A DNA stretch of 64,000 nt from an uncultured Spirochaetota bacterium (GTDB lineage: Bacteria; Spirochaetota; Spirochaetia; SZUA-6; Fen-1364): the NCBI GenBank assembly GCA_963781885.1, contig CAWAHW010000004.1, positions 640,001 through 704,000 on the forward strand, read 5' to 3'. The position numbers and the translations under genes were made by a program. How positions within the stretch are numbered: position 1 is the first letter of the stretch; the number at the start of each line of letters is the position of its first letter. A model generated the notes under the pieces. That model was not told the DNA's origin. It did not search any database and saw nothing but the letters and a program-made list of their open reading frames with translations. Below are positions 25,664 to 35,731 of the stretch, one piece after another.

Positions 25664-27028
25664 TCAGCCGACCTTCGGCAGCTCCTTCTCGGCCTTCTGG
25701 ATCTCCTGCTCGGGGTACTCGTAGTCTTCCAGCTTCCCCGCGAAGTACTGCTCGTATGCCTGCATGTCGAAATGCCCGTGACCGGAGAGATTGAAGAGGA
25801 TCACCTTCTTCTCACCCGTTTCCTTGCATCTCTTCGCCGCGCGTATCGTCGACGCGATGGCGTGCGCGGACTCGGGCGCCGGGATGATGCCTTCCGTGCG
25901 CGCGAAAAGCACCGCCGCCTCGAACGTCTCTTTCTGCCGCAGGGCCTCGGCGCGGATGAGCCCCCGGTGATTGAGCAGCGACACGATAGGCGCGGCGCCG
26001 TGATAGCGCAGCCCACCCGCGTGCACCGACGGGGGGATAAATCCGTGGCCCAGGGTGTACATCTTGGCGAGCGGGATGAGCTTGCCCGCGTCGCCGAAGT
26101 CGTACGCGTACAGGCCCTTGGAGAGCGACGGGCAGGCGAGCGGCTCTGAGGCGATGAATTCGATCTTCCGCTTTCCCGAGATCTTGTCCTCCATGAACGG
26201 GAGGCAAATGCCACCGAAGTTGCTGCCGCCGCCGTGGCAGCCGATGACGATGTCCGGCATGAGCCCGAGCTCCTCGAGCACCGCGCGCGCCTCCTGGCCG
26301 ATGACGGTCTGATGCAGGAGCACGTGGTTGAGCACCGAGCCCAGCGAGTATTTCACGGCGCCGTTGGACGTGGCGGCGATCTCCACGGCTTCCGAGATGG
26401 CGATGCCGAGAGAGCCGGGATAGTTGCGCGCGTCCTGGAGCATGGCCGCCCCGATCTTCGTCTCCTTGGAGGGGCTGGGATGCACCTTGGCGCCGTAGCT
26501 TTCCATCATGATCTTGCGATACGGCTTCTGGTCATAGGAGGCGCGGACCATGAAGACGTTGATGTCGAGATTGAAGTGCGCACCGGCGAAGGACAGCGCG
26601 CTTCCCCACTGGCCGGCGCCGGTCTCCGTCACGAGCTTCTTCACGCCTTCCCGCTGGTTGTAGTACGCCTGCGGGATTGCGGTGTTGGGTTTGTGGCTGC
26701 CGGTCGGCGTGACGCTCTCATTCTTGAAAAAGATCATCGCGGGAGTTCCCAGCGCCTCCTCCAGGAACTTTGCGCGGATGAGAGGGGTCGGGCGGAAAAG
26801 TGAATAAACCTTCAGCACCTCGTCGGGTATGGCGATCTCCCTTTCCTGGGAGACCTCCTGCTCGAGAAGCCCCATGGGGAACAGCGGCGTGAAGGCCTCC
26901 AGCGGAACCGGCTTTCCGTCCGCGGGGTTGAGCATCGGCGGAATGGGCTCGGGGAGGGACGGCTGGATGTTCAGCCATTTCTTCGGTATTTCCCGTGTGG
27001 GAAGCTGGAAAATGCGGTTGTCGGTCAT
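25664..27028 (-). CDS. trpB2: tryptophan synthase beta chain type 2 (TrpB2)
   Basis: IPKKWLNI, GSHKPNTA, TETGAGQWGSAL, LGSVLNHV, HAGGLRYHG, LSGHGHFD. Confidence 0.95.
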   Translation of the reverse strand: MTDNRIFQLPTREIPKKWLNIQPSLPEPIPPMLNPADGKPVPLEAFTPLFPMGLLEQEVSQEREIAIPDEVLKVYSLFRPTPLIRAKFLEEALGTPAMIFFKNESVTPTGSHKPNTAIPQAYYNQREGVKKLVTETGAGQWGSALSFAGAHFNLDINVFMVRASYDQKPYRKIMMESYGAKVHPSPSKETKIGAAMLQDARNYPGSLGIAISEAVEIAATSNGAVKYSLGSVLNHVLLHQTVIGQEARAVLEELGLMPDIVIGCHGGGSNFGGICLPFMEDKISGKRKIEFIASEPLACPSLSKGLYAYDFGDAGKLIPLAKMYTLGHGFIPPSVHAGGLRYHGAAPIVSLLNHRGLIRAEALRQKETFEAAVLFARTEGIIPAPESAHAIASTIRAAKRCKETGEKKVILFNLSGHGHFDMQAYEQYFAGKLEDYEYPEQEIQKAEKELPKVG

Positions 27029-27070
27029 GGAACGTCTCCTTTCTCGTCTTGGCCGCCCGCACGGGGCGGA

Positions 27071-27164
27071 AAATAAAAAACCCCGGGCCTTGTGCCCGGG
27101 GTCTCGCGCATAAAAAAACCGCGGGCGGTTTCTCTCTCACTCGGGGAGGGAAACCGCCTGCGGT
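27071..27164 (-). terminator. two tandem intrinsic terminators in the trpB2 leader
   Basis: T1 ACCGCAGGCGGTTTC...GAAACCGCCCGCGG-TTTTTTT; T2 ACCCCGGGC-ACAAG-GCCCGGGG-TTTTTTATTTT. Confidence 0.85.
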
Positions 27165-27184
27165 CTGTAATGTCCTGACTCAGG

Positions 27185-27271
27185 TCAGGTGGACCGCGGT
27201 TTCCTCCCCCGGCTCCACCCCCACCAATTCTGCGGAACGCTGGCTGCGCGCGTCATGCCGTCAAAACTCAT
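27185..27271 (-). CDS. Trp leader peptide of trpB2 (MSFDGMTRAASVPQNWWGWSRGRKPRST)
   Basis: WWGW cluster; promoter TTGACA (27304-27309)-N16-TATAAA (27282-27287); overlaps the antiterminator. Alternative start at 27256. Confidence 0.75.
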   Translation of the reverse strand: MSFDGMTRAASVPQNWWGWSRGRKPRST

Positions 27272-27318
27272 GATGTGCATATTTATACCGATCCTGACGC
27301 GCGTGTCAACACCATTTT

Positions 27319-28329
27319 TCAGAAATCCACGAGCTCCAGCTCGAAGAGCACGAATGCGTCCGGCGGGACGATGTTGGAGTAGCCGTGGCTGCCGAAGGCA
27401 AGCTCGGGCGGGATCACGAGGCGCCGCGTCTCTCCCCGTTTCATCGTGAGAAGCGCCTCCGTCCAGCCCTTGATGGACAGCTTGTCCATCTGCACGGCAA
27501 CGGCAGACCCCGACGCCGAGGAATCGGCAAAGACCTTCCCGCTCAGGAGCATGCCCTTGTACGTGATGCTCACCGCGGCAGTTGCCCCGGGGCTCCCGCC
27601 CGATCCCTGCTTCAGCACCTCGTACATGAGACCGCTCTTGGTCGTGACGAGCTTCGGCCACTGCGTGTGGATGAGCGCCAGCGCGTCGGCGCGCTGGCTC
27701 TTCTTGCGTTCGGCGACCCCCTCCCAGGCGCTGGCGACCATTCCATCGAAGCTCTTCTGCGTCACCGTGAAGGCCCCGGCCGCTGCGCCGACCCGGATGA
27801 TGCGAACGCTCGTCATGTGGTCGCCTTCCTTGATGGCGTTCACCACGTCCTGTCCCTGGACGACGTGACCGAAGACGCTGTACCCGCCGTCCAGCCATGC
27901 CGCGGGACCCATCGTGATGTAGAACTGGCTCCCGTTCGTGTCCGGCCCCGCGTTCGCCATGGCCATGACGCCGGCGGCATCGTGCTTCAGGTCGGGCCGC
28001 GTCTCGTTCGGGATCTCGTAGCCGGGGCCGCCGGACCCGTCACCCTTGGGGTCGCCGCCCTGGACCACGAAGCCCGCCACGACGCGGTGGAAGGTGAGCC
28101 CGTCGTAGAACCGGCGGCCTGTCTGGCCGTTCGCCTTCAGCGTGCCTTCCGCGAGCCCCACGAAGTTGGACACGGTCATCGGCACCTTCTCGAACTCCAG
28201 CTGGCACAGGATCGTGCCGCGGTCCGTCTTGATCTCCGCGTACAGCCCGTCCGCCAGCTTCTGCGTCTGGGCCATGCCCGGCATCACCGCCGCGAAGGCG
28301 AAAGAGATGAGAATGATGAATCTGCGCAC
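27319..28329 (-). CDS. exported cyclophilin-FKBP dual peptidyl-prolyl isomerase
   Basis: Signal peptide; FHRVVAGFVVQGGDP, MANAGPDTNGSQFYIT; C-terminal TKSGLMY...IKGWTEAL..MKRGE..LVIPPELAFG. Confidence 0.93.
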   Translation of the reverse strand: MRRFIILISFAFAAVMPGMAQTQKLADGLYAEIKTDRGTILCQLEFEKVPMTVSNFVGLAEGTLKANGQTGRRFYDGLTFHRVVAGFVVQGGDPKGDGSGGPGYEIPNETRPDLKHDAAGVMAMANAGPDTNGSQFYITMGPAAWLDGGYSVFGHVVQGQDVVNAIKEGDHMTSVRIIRVGAAAGAFTVTQKSFDGMVASAWEGVAERKKSQRADALALIHTQWPKLVTTKSGLMYEVLKQGSGGSPGATAAVSITYKGMLLSGKVFADSSASGSAVAVQMDKLSIKGWTEALLTMKRGETRRLVIPPELAFGSHGYSNIVPPDAFVLFELELVDF

Positions 28330-28375
28330 GCGCTCCTCCCATCAGGCTCTGGTTGCCGCGGTCCCCGCGCACACG

Positions 28376-28900
28376 TCAAGGTCGGACCACCGCATCGATC
28401 TCGACCTCCGCGGGGTCGTCCGCCGACGCGACCACCTTCCATTCCTGGGCGTCGCGATCGAAGTCGGCGATTTTCTCAATGGGCATCTTGATGTACCGGC
28501 CCTGCCCCTCCACGGCCACGGTGCCATCCTCCAGCAGGATCTCACCCGTGCCTTCGAAGAAGCGCGATGCCTCCTTCACGATCCTGCCGATGACGCGCAC
28601 GGGCCGGTCCGTTGGCACCGGCTTCTTGAAACGCATCGTGAACTCCACGGTGACGCCCCAGACCTCGCCCTGGGAGCGGATCATGATGGCCCGTCCGATG
28701 GTCTCGTCGAGGATGGTGGCGCTGATCCCGCCGTGCAGCCGGCCGGGATAGCTCTGATGCTCGTCGCGCGCGGTGAAGATCGCCATGAGCTCCCCGCCTT
28801 CCACTTCGTAGAACGCGGCGTGGAGTCCGGCGGGGTTTTTCAACCCGCACACGAAGCACATCTTCGAGTTCTGCTGCTTGCCCGTGACTTTCCGTTTCAT
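28376..28900 (-). CDS. PaaI/hotdog thioesterase
   Basis: CFVCGLKNPAGL, HQSYPGRLHGGISATILDE. Confidence 0.9.
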   Translation of the reverse strand: MKRKVTGKQQNSKMCFVCGLKNPAGLHAAFYEVEGGELMAIFTARDEHQSYPGRLHGGISATILDETIGRAIMIRSQGEVWGVTVEFTMRFKKPVPTDRPVRVIGRIVKEASRFFEGTGEILLEDGTVAVEGQGRYIKMPIEKIADFDRDAQEWKVVASADDPAEVEIDAVVRP

Positions 28901-30582
28901 CCGCGCACGCTCCCTGCAACGACCTGCGATGCCTCGAAATACGACGGCCCGAGACGCCGCAGCACCTCGGCCACGTCGCGCTCGTCCCCCTCGACGCCCA
29001 GCGCGGCGAAGTTCTTGTCCCCGCGCGCGCCGAGCTGGAAGTCCACCACATTCACCCCGCGCGAGGCAAGCGCCGACAGGAGCACGAGGACGACGCCCGG
29101 CCTGTTGGCATGCACCGCCACGATCATGTGCCGCGAGATGGGGATGGGAAGCCACACGCCGTCCACCTCCAGGAGGTAGGCGGGCGCCCGCTTCAACGGC
29201 GGCAGCCGCATGCGGATCTCGGGCTTGATGTCCATGAATCGGTCCGCCGCAGTTCCCCGCACGAACTCCACGGCCTCGCGGATGCGCTCGCGCGGTCCTT
29301 CCAACGTGAGATACGCCGTCGCCGTGCCGTCCTGCAGGGAGGCGAGCCACGCCGTTTCGACATTGATCTCCTCCGATGCAAGGGTGTTGAGGAGGATGGC
29401 AAGAGTCCCGGGCGTGTCCTGGTGATGGGAGAAGAGGCAGACGATCTCTCCGCCGTCGTAGGCCGGCATGCGGTCGGAGATGGTGACGGAGCGCTCCTCC
29501 TTGCGCACGCGCAGGGCGTGAAAAGAGCCCAGGGATGACGACTCGGGAAACTCCTTTGCAAGGCTGCGGAATCCGCCGCCAAAGGATATGTGGGGAATCT
29601 CCAGCCTCTTCTCTTGGGCGAAGCGATGATTGAGGATCTCCATGCCGAGATTCAGAATGCGAAACGACGATTCATCGCGGGATCTGAGCGGCCTTTTTTC
29701 CGGGATGCCGCGGGAGAAGGAGACGTAGTAGCGATAGCCGGCCGCCTGCACCGCCCCCAGCCCCGCCGCGTAATCGCGGCCCAGGTCGTCGAGCGCGTGT
29801 GTATCGGTGCCGAGGGCAACGGGGATGCCGAGCGCCCGCGCGCGGCGGAGTATCTCGGGATGGGGGTAGATGCCGACGCCCTTGCGCAGGCCGGACAGGT
29901 TCACGTCCAGCGCGAGGTTGCGCTCCGCGATCATCTCCAACAGCGTGAAGAGCCGGCGGGCCGTTCCGCTGTCGGCGCCGTCCAGGTCGGAAAGGCAGGC
30001 GGGAAGCGGCGCGTAGAGCTTGGGCAGGTCGATGTGACCCACGACACTGATGGTCTGCCAACTGGCGTCCACCATTTCGATGAGCTCGTCGAAGTATGCC
30101 GCCCAGAACGGCTCCACGCCGCCGCGCGCGTCGATGAGCCTCTTCGTGTCCTCCGCGGAGCCGTCGTAGGGGATGCCGTTCGGCGCAAAATGCACGGAGC
30201 AGACCACGAAGTCCACGCCGTGGGCCTGGAAGAGCTTCGCGCGATTCCATTGCTCGCCCAGCCCGGTGCCCCGCCACTCCAGCTCCACGCCGCAGCGCAC
30301 CTCGATGCGGCTGCCCACGTGCTCCCGGAGCCTTCGGATGCGGTCGGGAAAATCGAAATAGGAGGCGTCCCCCCGGATGAACTTCACGTCCGTGGCGCGC
30401 TCGCTCGCGTAGCGGAAACGGGTCAGGCGCGGCGTGTGGATGACGAACGTCACCGAGGGGAAGCCCAGGGACACGGCGCGGTCAACGACGGACTCCAGGT
30501 CGTCGATGCCGTGTTTGACGTGATCGGCGCCCGTGCCGACGTGGATGCCGTGGGTTTCCCAGATGAAAGACGGCGCGCGCAT
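28897..30582 (-). CDS. PHP-domain (HisJ-like) phosphatase fused to two ACT domains
   Basis: HGIH, IHTP, GVELEW, CSVHF, GHIDLPK, GTDTH; ACT motifs HQDTPG..INV and HANRPG..VNV. Confidence 0.85.
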   Translation of the reverse strand: MRAPSFIWETHGIHVGTGADHVKHGIDDLESVVDRAVSLGFPSVTFVIHTPRLTRFRYASERATDVKFIRGDASYFDFPDRIRRLREHVGSRIEVRCGVELEWRGTGLGEQWNRAKLFQAHGVDFVVCSVHFAPNGIPYDGSAEDTKRLIDARGGVEPFWAAYFDELIEMVDASWQTISVVGHIDLPKLYAPLPACLSDLDGADSGTARRLFTLLEMIAERNLALDVNLSGLRKGVGIYPHPEILRRARALGIPVALGTDTHALDDLGRDYAAGLGAVQAAGYRYYVSFSRGIPEKRPLRSRDESSFRILNLGMEILNHRFAQEKRLEIPHISFGGGFRSLAKEFPESSSLGSFHALRVRKEERSVTISDRMPAYDGGEIVCLFSHHQDTPGTLAILLNTLASEEINVETAWLASLQDGTATAYLTLEGPRERIREAVEFVRGTAADRFMDIKPEIRMRLPPLKRAPAYLLEVDGVWLPIPISRHMIVAVHANRPGVVLVLLSALASRGVNVVDFQLGARGDKNFAALGVEGDERDVAEVLRRLGPSYFEASQVVAGSVRG

Positions 30583-30667
30583 GCCTTGAGAGTATACCGA
30601 CGACGGGCCTCCCGGCCAACGGCAGTGCTCGCTTGAAAGCGGCCCGGGATTATTCTATCTTCATTTC

Positions 30668-31105
30668 ATGGACAGCCGCGAGGTGATGAACAGGGTCGGG
30701 GCCATCATCGAGGCCCACGGGACCGGCGTGCTCGCCACGGTGGACGAGGACGGCAACCCGCACGTCCGCTGGCTCACCCCGACGATGCTCCGGGAGAGAC
30801 CGGGGGCCCTCTACGCCATCACCGCGCCGCGATTCTCCAAGGTGGCCCAGGTCCGCGCGCATGCCCGCGTGGAGTGGATGTTCCAGACGCCGTCGCTCGA
30901 CGAGGTGATCAGCGTCCGCGGGACGATCAACGCGGTGGAGAATCCCTCCCTCCGCGCGGAAGTGCTCGAGGTGCTCGGGCAGCGCCTGCAGACATTCTGG
31001 AAGCTCGCGCACGACGCCCGTGACCTCGTCGTGCTGGAAACAGTCGTCGAGGAGGCGACGCGGTTCCTGCCCATGGACGGCAGGAAGGACGTCGTTCGTT
31101 TCTGA
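30668..31105 (+). CDS. pyridoxamine 5'-phosphate oxidase-like FMN-binding protein
   Basis: VLATVDEDGNPHVRW, SKVAQVRAHARV. Confidence 0.85.
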   Translation: MDSREVMNRVGAIIEAHGTGVLATVDEDGNPHVRWLTPTMLRERPGALYAITAPRFSKVAQVRAHARVEWMFQTPSLDEVISVRGTINAVENPSLRAEVLEVLGQRLQTFWKLAHDARDLVVLETVVEEATRFLPMDGRKDVVRF

Positions 31106-31122
31106 AGGAGACACGCCCGCCC

Positions 31123-32106
31123 ATGGGAAATATCACCACAGAGCGCGTCGACGCGCGCCTGGAAACCGAATTGCTGTCAAAGATGCTCCTCATCCGCCGC
31201 TTCGAGGAGAAGGCCGCGCAAATGTACGGCCTGAAGAAGATCGGCGGCTTCTGTCATCTCTACATCGGGCAGGAGGCCGCGGCGGTCGGCGCCATCGCCG
31301 CCATCGACCTTGCCCGCGACTACACGGTGGGCGCCTACCGCGACCACGGGTACGCCCTTGCCTGCGGCATGGAGCCGCGGGGCCTCATGGCGGAGCTCTT
31401 CGGCAAGGCGACGGGCGTGTCAAAAGGCAAGGGCGGATCGATGCACTTTTTCGACGCCGCCCGACACATGTTCGGCGGCAATGGCATCGTGGGCGCACAG
31501 ATCCCGGTGGCAACGGGCGTGGCCCTGAAATGCCGCTACCGCAAGGACGGCGGCGTGGTCCTGTGCTGGTTCGGCGACGGCGCCATCCACCAGGGCTCGT
31601 TCCACGAAAGCCTCAACATGGCGAAGATCTGGAATCTCCCCATCATCTACATCTGCGAAAACAACCAGTACGGCATGGGCACCGATTTCCGCCGGGTTTC
31701 CTCGGTGACGGACTTCGTCGTCATGGGGGCTTCCTACGGCATTCCCGGTCGGCAGGTCAACGGCATGGACGTCATGGACGTGTACCGCGACGTCGCGCGA
31801 AGCGGCAGCCCAGGCCCGCGCGCGAATCCACGCCCGTCTTCCTCGAGGTGAAAACCTACCGGTACCGCGGCCACTCCATGAGCGACCCGGCGAAGTACCG
31901 CACGCCCGAAGAGCTCGAATCGTACAAGAAGCAGGACCCCATCCTGATACTGAAGAAGCCATATGGAGGAGTCAGGCCTCCTCACGGAGGAGCAGTACGC
32001 CGCCATGGACGCCGCGTCCAAGTCCGCCTGCGATGAGGCGGTGCGCTTCGCGGAAGAAAGCCCCGAGCCGGAACCCGGCGCCCTCTATGAGGACATCCTC
32101 GCATGA
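31123..32106 (+). CDS. pdhA: pyruvate dehydrogenase E1 alpha; several indels near 31800-31830 and 31957
   Basis: IGGFCHLYIGQEA, GKGGSMH, GDGA..NN; TYRYRGHSMSDPAKYR and EPEPGALYEDILA lie in other frames. Confidence 0.9.
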
Positions 32107-33080
32107 GTCTCATCACGTTCCGCGAGGCGCTGCGCGCGGCCATGGATGAGGAGATGGCCCGCGACGACGCGGTCATCCTCCTCGGTGAAGAGGTCGGGCA
32201 GTACAACGGTGCCTACAAGGTGAGCCAGGGGCTGCTGGAAAAGTACGGGCCGGACCGGGTCATGGACACGCCGATTTCAGAGGAAGGCTTCACGGGCATC
32301 GGCATCGGTGCCGCCATGGCGGGCCTGCGTCCCATCGTGGAGTGGATGACGCTGAACTTCTCCCTCCAGGCCGTGGACCAGATCGTGAGCAATGCCGCGA
32401 AGATGCGCTACATGTCGGGCGGCCAGTTCACCGTCCCCATCGTCTTTCGGGGTCCCAACGGACCGGCGGAGTTCCTGGGGGCGCAGCACTCGCAGGCGCT
32501 GCAGTCCCTCTACGCGCATTTCCCCGGCCTCAAGGTGGTCGCCCCTTCGACGCCGGCCGACGGCAAGGGTCTCCTGAAATCCTGCATCCGCGACGACAAC
32601 CCCGTTCTCTTTCTCGAATCGGAGATGATGTATGGGGTGAAGGGCGAGGTGCCCGACGATGAATACCTGGTCCCGCTCGGCAAGGCCGACGTCAAGAGAC
32701 CCGGGAGGGATGCGACCATCGTCACCTACTCCAAGCCCGTGCGCATGGTGCTGGATGCCGCGGAGGCGCTGGCCGGCGAAGGAATCGACGTGGAGGTGGT
32801 GGACCTCCGCACGATCCGGCCCCTTGACGAGGAGACGGTCTACGACTCGGTGCGCCGGACCAACCGCTGCATCGTCGTGGATGAGTCGATGCCATTTGCC
32901 AGCGTCGGCTCGCATCTTGCGTGGCTCGTCTCCCGGACGTGCTTCGACGACCTGGACGCACCGGTGGAGCTCGTGTCGGGTGAAGATGTGCCGATGCCGT
33001 ACAACCATGCCCTGGAGCTCGCCGCACAGCCTTCGGTTGCAAAAATCGTGGACGCAGTGAAAAGGGCGCTCTATGCCTGA
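32103..33080 (+). CDS. pdhB: pyruvate dehydrogenase E1 beta
   Basis: GEEVGQYNGAYKV, DTPISE, FRGPNG, AQHSQ. Confidence 0.96.
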   Translation: MSLITFREALRAAMDEEMARDDAVILLGEEVGQYNGAYKVSQGLLEKYGPDRVMDTPISEEGFTGIGIGAAMAGLRPIVEWMTLNFSLQAVDQIVSNAAKMRYMSGGQFTVPIVFRGPNGPAEFLGAQHSQALQSLYAHFPGLKVVAPSTPADGKGLLKSCIRDDNPVLFLESEMMYGVKGEVPDDEYLVPLGKADVKRPGRDATIVTYSKPVRMVLDAAEALAGEGIDVEVVDLRTIRPLDEETVYDSVRRTNRCIVVDESMPFASVGSHLAWLVSRTCFDDLDAPVELVSGEDVPMPYNHALELAAQPSVAKIVDAVKRALYA

Positions 33081-34311
33081 AAAAATCCTCATGATCGCGC
33101 TGTCTCCGACCATGGAGACGGGAACGCTCGCCCGCTGGCGCAAGAAGGAGGGGGACGTCGTTGCAAGCGGCGACGTTCTCTGCGAGGTGGAGACGGACAA
33201 GGCGACGATGGACTATGAGTCGACCGCGGAAGGCACGCTCCTGAAAATACTCCTTCCCGAAGGCGGACAGGCGAAGGTCGGAGAGGCCATTGCCATCGTG
33301 GGAAAACCGGGTGAGGACATCTCGGCCCTGCTCGCGGACAAGGGCCAGCCGACAGCAGGGACTGCGGCGAAACCTGCGCCCTCCGCGGCCGCCAGGGCGA
33401 CACCGACCGCGCCTTCCGCAGCGCCCGCACATGCCGGCACCGCCGTTGCCACGGGCCGCATCAAGGCATCCCCCCTTGCGCGCAGGATCGCGTCCGACAA
33501 GGGCCTCGATTTGCGCGCGGTCCGCGGCTCCGGGCCGGAAGGCCGCATCGTGAAGCGCGACCTGGACGGCCCCGCGGGTGCCGCCGTTACCGCCGCGCGC
33601 GCGCCGGCTGCCGTCCTGCAGCCGGGTCCCGGTGACGAGGTGATGCCGCTGTCCCGCATGCGCCAGATCATCGCGAAGCGTCTCTCCGACTCCATGTACA
33701 CCTCGCCCCACTATTACCTCACCGTCGCGGTGGGCATGGACGATCTGCTGGAGGCGCGCGTGCGCCTGAACGCCGGCCGCGCGAAAAAGATTTCAATCAA
33801 CGCCTTTCTCATGGCCATCGCCGGCAAGGCGCTTGCACGGCACCCGCGCGTCAACACGAGCTGGAACGGGGACGCGCTCCTGCACCACGCCACCGCGGAC
33901 GTCGGTCTGGCGGTCGCCATGCCGGACGGTCTCATCACGCCCGTGGTGAAGGACTGCGGCGGCAAGGGAATCGCCGCCATCGACGCGGAGCTGGCCGACC
34001 GCATCGAGCGCGCGCGAACGGGAAAGCTCGCGCCCGAGGAATACGCCGGCGCCACCTTCACGATCAGCAATCTAGGCATGGCGGGCATCGACGAGTTCAC
34101 CGCGATCATCAACCCGCCGGGCTCCGCCATTCTCGCGGTGGGCGCTGTCCGCAAGGAGCCCGTCGTGGCGGACGACGGCGCCATCGTCGTGCGGCAGCGC
34201 ATGCGCATGACCCTCTCCTGCGACCATCGCGTGATCGACGGCGCGGTGGGCGCGGCTTTTCTTCGGGAGCTCGCGGACATGCTGGAAAGTCCGCTTCTCG
34301 CGCTCGCCTGA
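33073..34311 (+). CDS. pdhC: pyruvate dehydrogenase E2 dihydrolipoamide acetyltransferase
   Basis: Lipoyl EVETDKATM, ASPLARRIA, TISNLG, DHRVIDGA. Confidence 0.96.
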   Translation: MPEKILMIALSPTMETGTLARWRKKEGDVVASGDVLCEVETDKATMDYESTAEGTLLKILLPEGGQAKVGEAIAIVGKPGEDISALLADKGQPTAGTAAKPAPSAAARATPTAPSAAPAHAGTAVATGRIKASPLARRIASDKGLDLRAVRGSGPEGRIVKRDLDGPAGAAVTAARAPAAVLQPGPGDEVMPLSRMRQIIAKRLSDSMYTSPHYYLTVAVGMDDLLEARVRLNAGRAKKISINAFLMAIAGKALARHPRVNTSWNGDALLHHATADVGLAVAMPDGLITPVVKDCGGKGIAAIDAELADRIERARTGKLAPEEYAGATFTISNLGMAGIDEFTAIINPPGSAILAVGAVRKEPVVADDGAIVVRQRMRMTLSCDHRVIDGAVGAAFLRELADMLESPLLALA

Positions 34312-34339
34312 CCTTTTCGACAGACAACGGAGGCATCAC

Positions 34340-35731
34340 ATGGCTGGCTTTGATTACGACGTGCTCATCATCGGTTCCGGCCCCGGCGGCTACGTCGCGG
34401 CTATCCGGGCATCGCAGCTCGGCCTCAAGGCCGGCGTCATCGAGCGGGACCGTCCCGGCGGGGTGTGCCTGAACATCGGCTGCATCCCTTCCAAGGCCCT
34501 CATCCACCAGGCCGAGCTCTTTCGCTCCCTGCCGGCGCTGAAAGAGATGGGAATCGCCGTTGACCTGAAAGGCTTCGACTACAAGCCCGTTTTCGACAAG
34601 TCGCGCAAGGCAGCGGAGACGCTGTCAAAGGGCGTGCAGTTCCTCCTGAAAAAGAACAAAGCGGAGCTCATCACGGGCGATGCGGTGATTACCGGCAAGA
34701 ATGAAGTGACATTAAAAGATGGAAGGAAGATCACCGGCAAAAACCTCGTGATTGCCACCGGATCCCGGCCGCGCATCATCCCTGGCTTCGAGTTCGACGA
34801 GGACAAGGTCCTCTCTTCCACGGGCGCCCTCATGCTCCAGAAGCTGCCGAAGAAGGCCATCATCCTCGGTGCCGGCGCCATCGGCGTGGAGTTCAGCCAC
34901 GTGTGGAGCTCGTTCGGGGTGGAAGTGCACCTGGTGGAAATGATGGAGCGTATCCTGCCGCTGGAGGACGCGGAGGCCGTGCAGGTGGTGGCGCGCGCAT
35001 TCCAGAAACGCGGGATCCAGATGTACACCGGTACAAAAGCCGTGTCGATGAAGAAAAGCGCCGCCGGCGTGAGCGTCGTGATCGAAGACAAGGCAGGCGC
35101 ACAGAAGACCCTGGACGCGGACCTGATCCTCGTCGTGGTCGGCCGCACCATCAACACGGACGGCATCGGGCTGGAGAAGCTCGGCATCACGCTGGAGAAG
35201 GGATTCATTCCGGTCGGAGACTACAACCAGACGAAGGTGCCCGGCATCTTTGCCGTGGGCGACGTGGTCTCCACTCCCCTTCTGGCGCACGTCGCCTTCA
35301 AGGAAGCCGAGATGGTGACGGAGTACATCGCGGGAAAGAAGCCACATCCGCGCCTGGATCCGCTCTCCATCCCCGGCGCCACCTATTGCGAGCCGCAAGT
35401 GGCGAGCTTCGGGCTGACCGAATGGAAGGCCAAGGAAAAAGGCATCCCCTTTGCCAAGGCGAGCTTCCCGTACCGCGGCGCCGGCAAGTCCGTTGCCATC
35501 GAACAGTCCGATGGATTCGTGAAGGTGATCTACGATCCCAAGACGAAGGAAATACTTGGCGCGCATATTGTGGGTGCCGAGGCCACCGAGCTCATCCACG
35601 AGCTGCTCCTGGCCCGCACGGCGGAGCTCCTGCCGGAGGATATCGCCACGATGATCCACGCCCACCCGACCCTGTCGGAGGCCGTCATGGAAGCGATGCG
35701 CACGGTGGAGGGCTGGGCGATACACGCCTAG
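34340..35731 (+). CDS. lpdA: dihydrolipoyl dehydrogenase
   Basis: GSGPGGYVAA, GGVCLNIGCIPSK, HAHPTLSE. Confidence 0.97.
   Translation: MAGFDYDVLIIGSGPGGYVAAIRASQLGLKAGVIERDRPGGVCLNIGCIPSKALIHQAELFRSLPALKEMGIAVDLKGFDYKPVFDKSRKAAETLSKGVQFLLKKNKAELITGDAVITGKNEVTLKDGRKITGKNLVIATGSRPRIIPGFEFDEDKVLSSTGALMLQKLPKKAIILGAGAIGVEFSHVWSSFGVEVHLVEMMERILPLEDAEAVQVVARAFQKRGIQMYTGTKAVSMKKSAAGVSVVIEDKAGAQKTLDADLILVVVGRTINTDGIGLEKLGITLEKGFIPVGDYNQTKVPGIFAVGDVVSTPLLAHVAFKEAEMVTEYIAGKKPHPRLDPLSIPGATYCEPQVASFGLTEWKAKEKGIPFAKASFPYRGAGKSVAIEQSDGFVKVIYDPKTKEILGAHIVGAEATELIHELLLARTAELLPEDIATMIHAHPTLSEAVMEAMRTVEGWAIHA

Noticed and set aside
27319-28329. cyclophilin-FKBP fusion as a novelty
   Set aside because: Dual-family PPIases are already described in Treponema and Flavobacteria.
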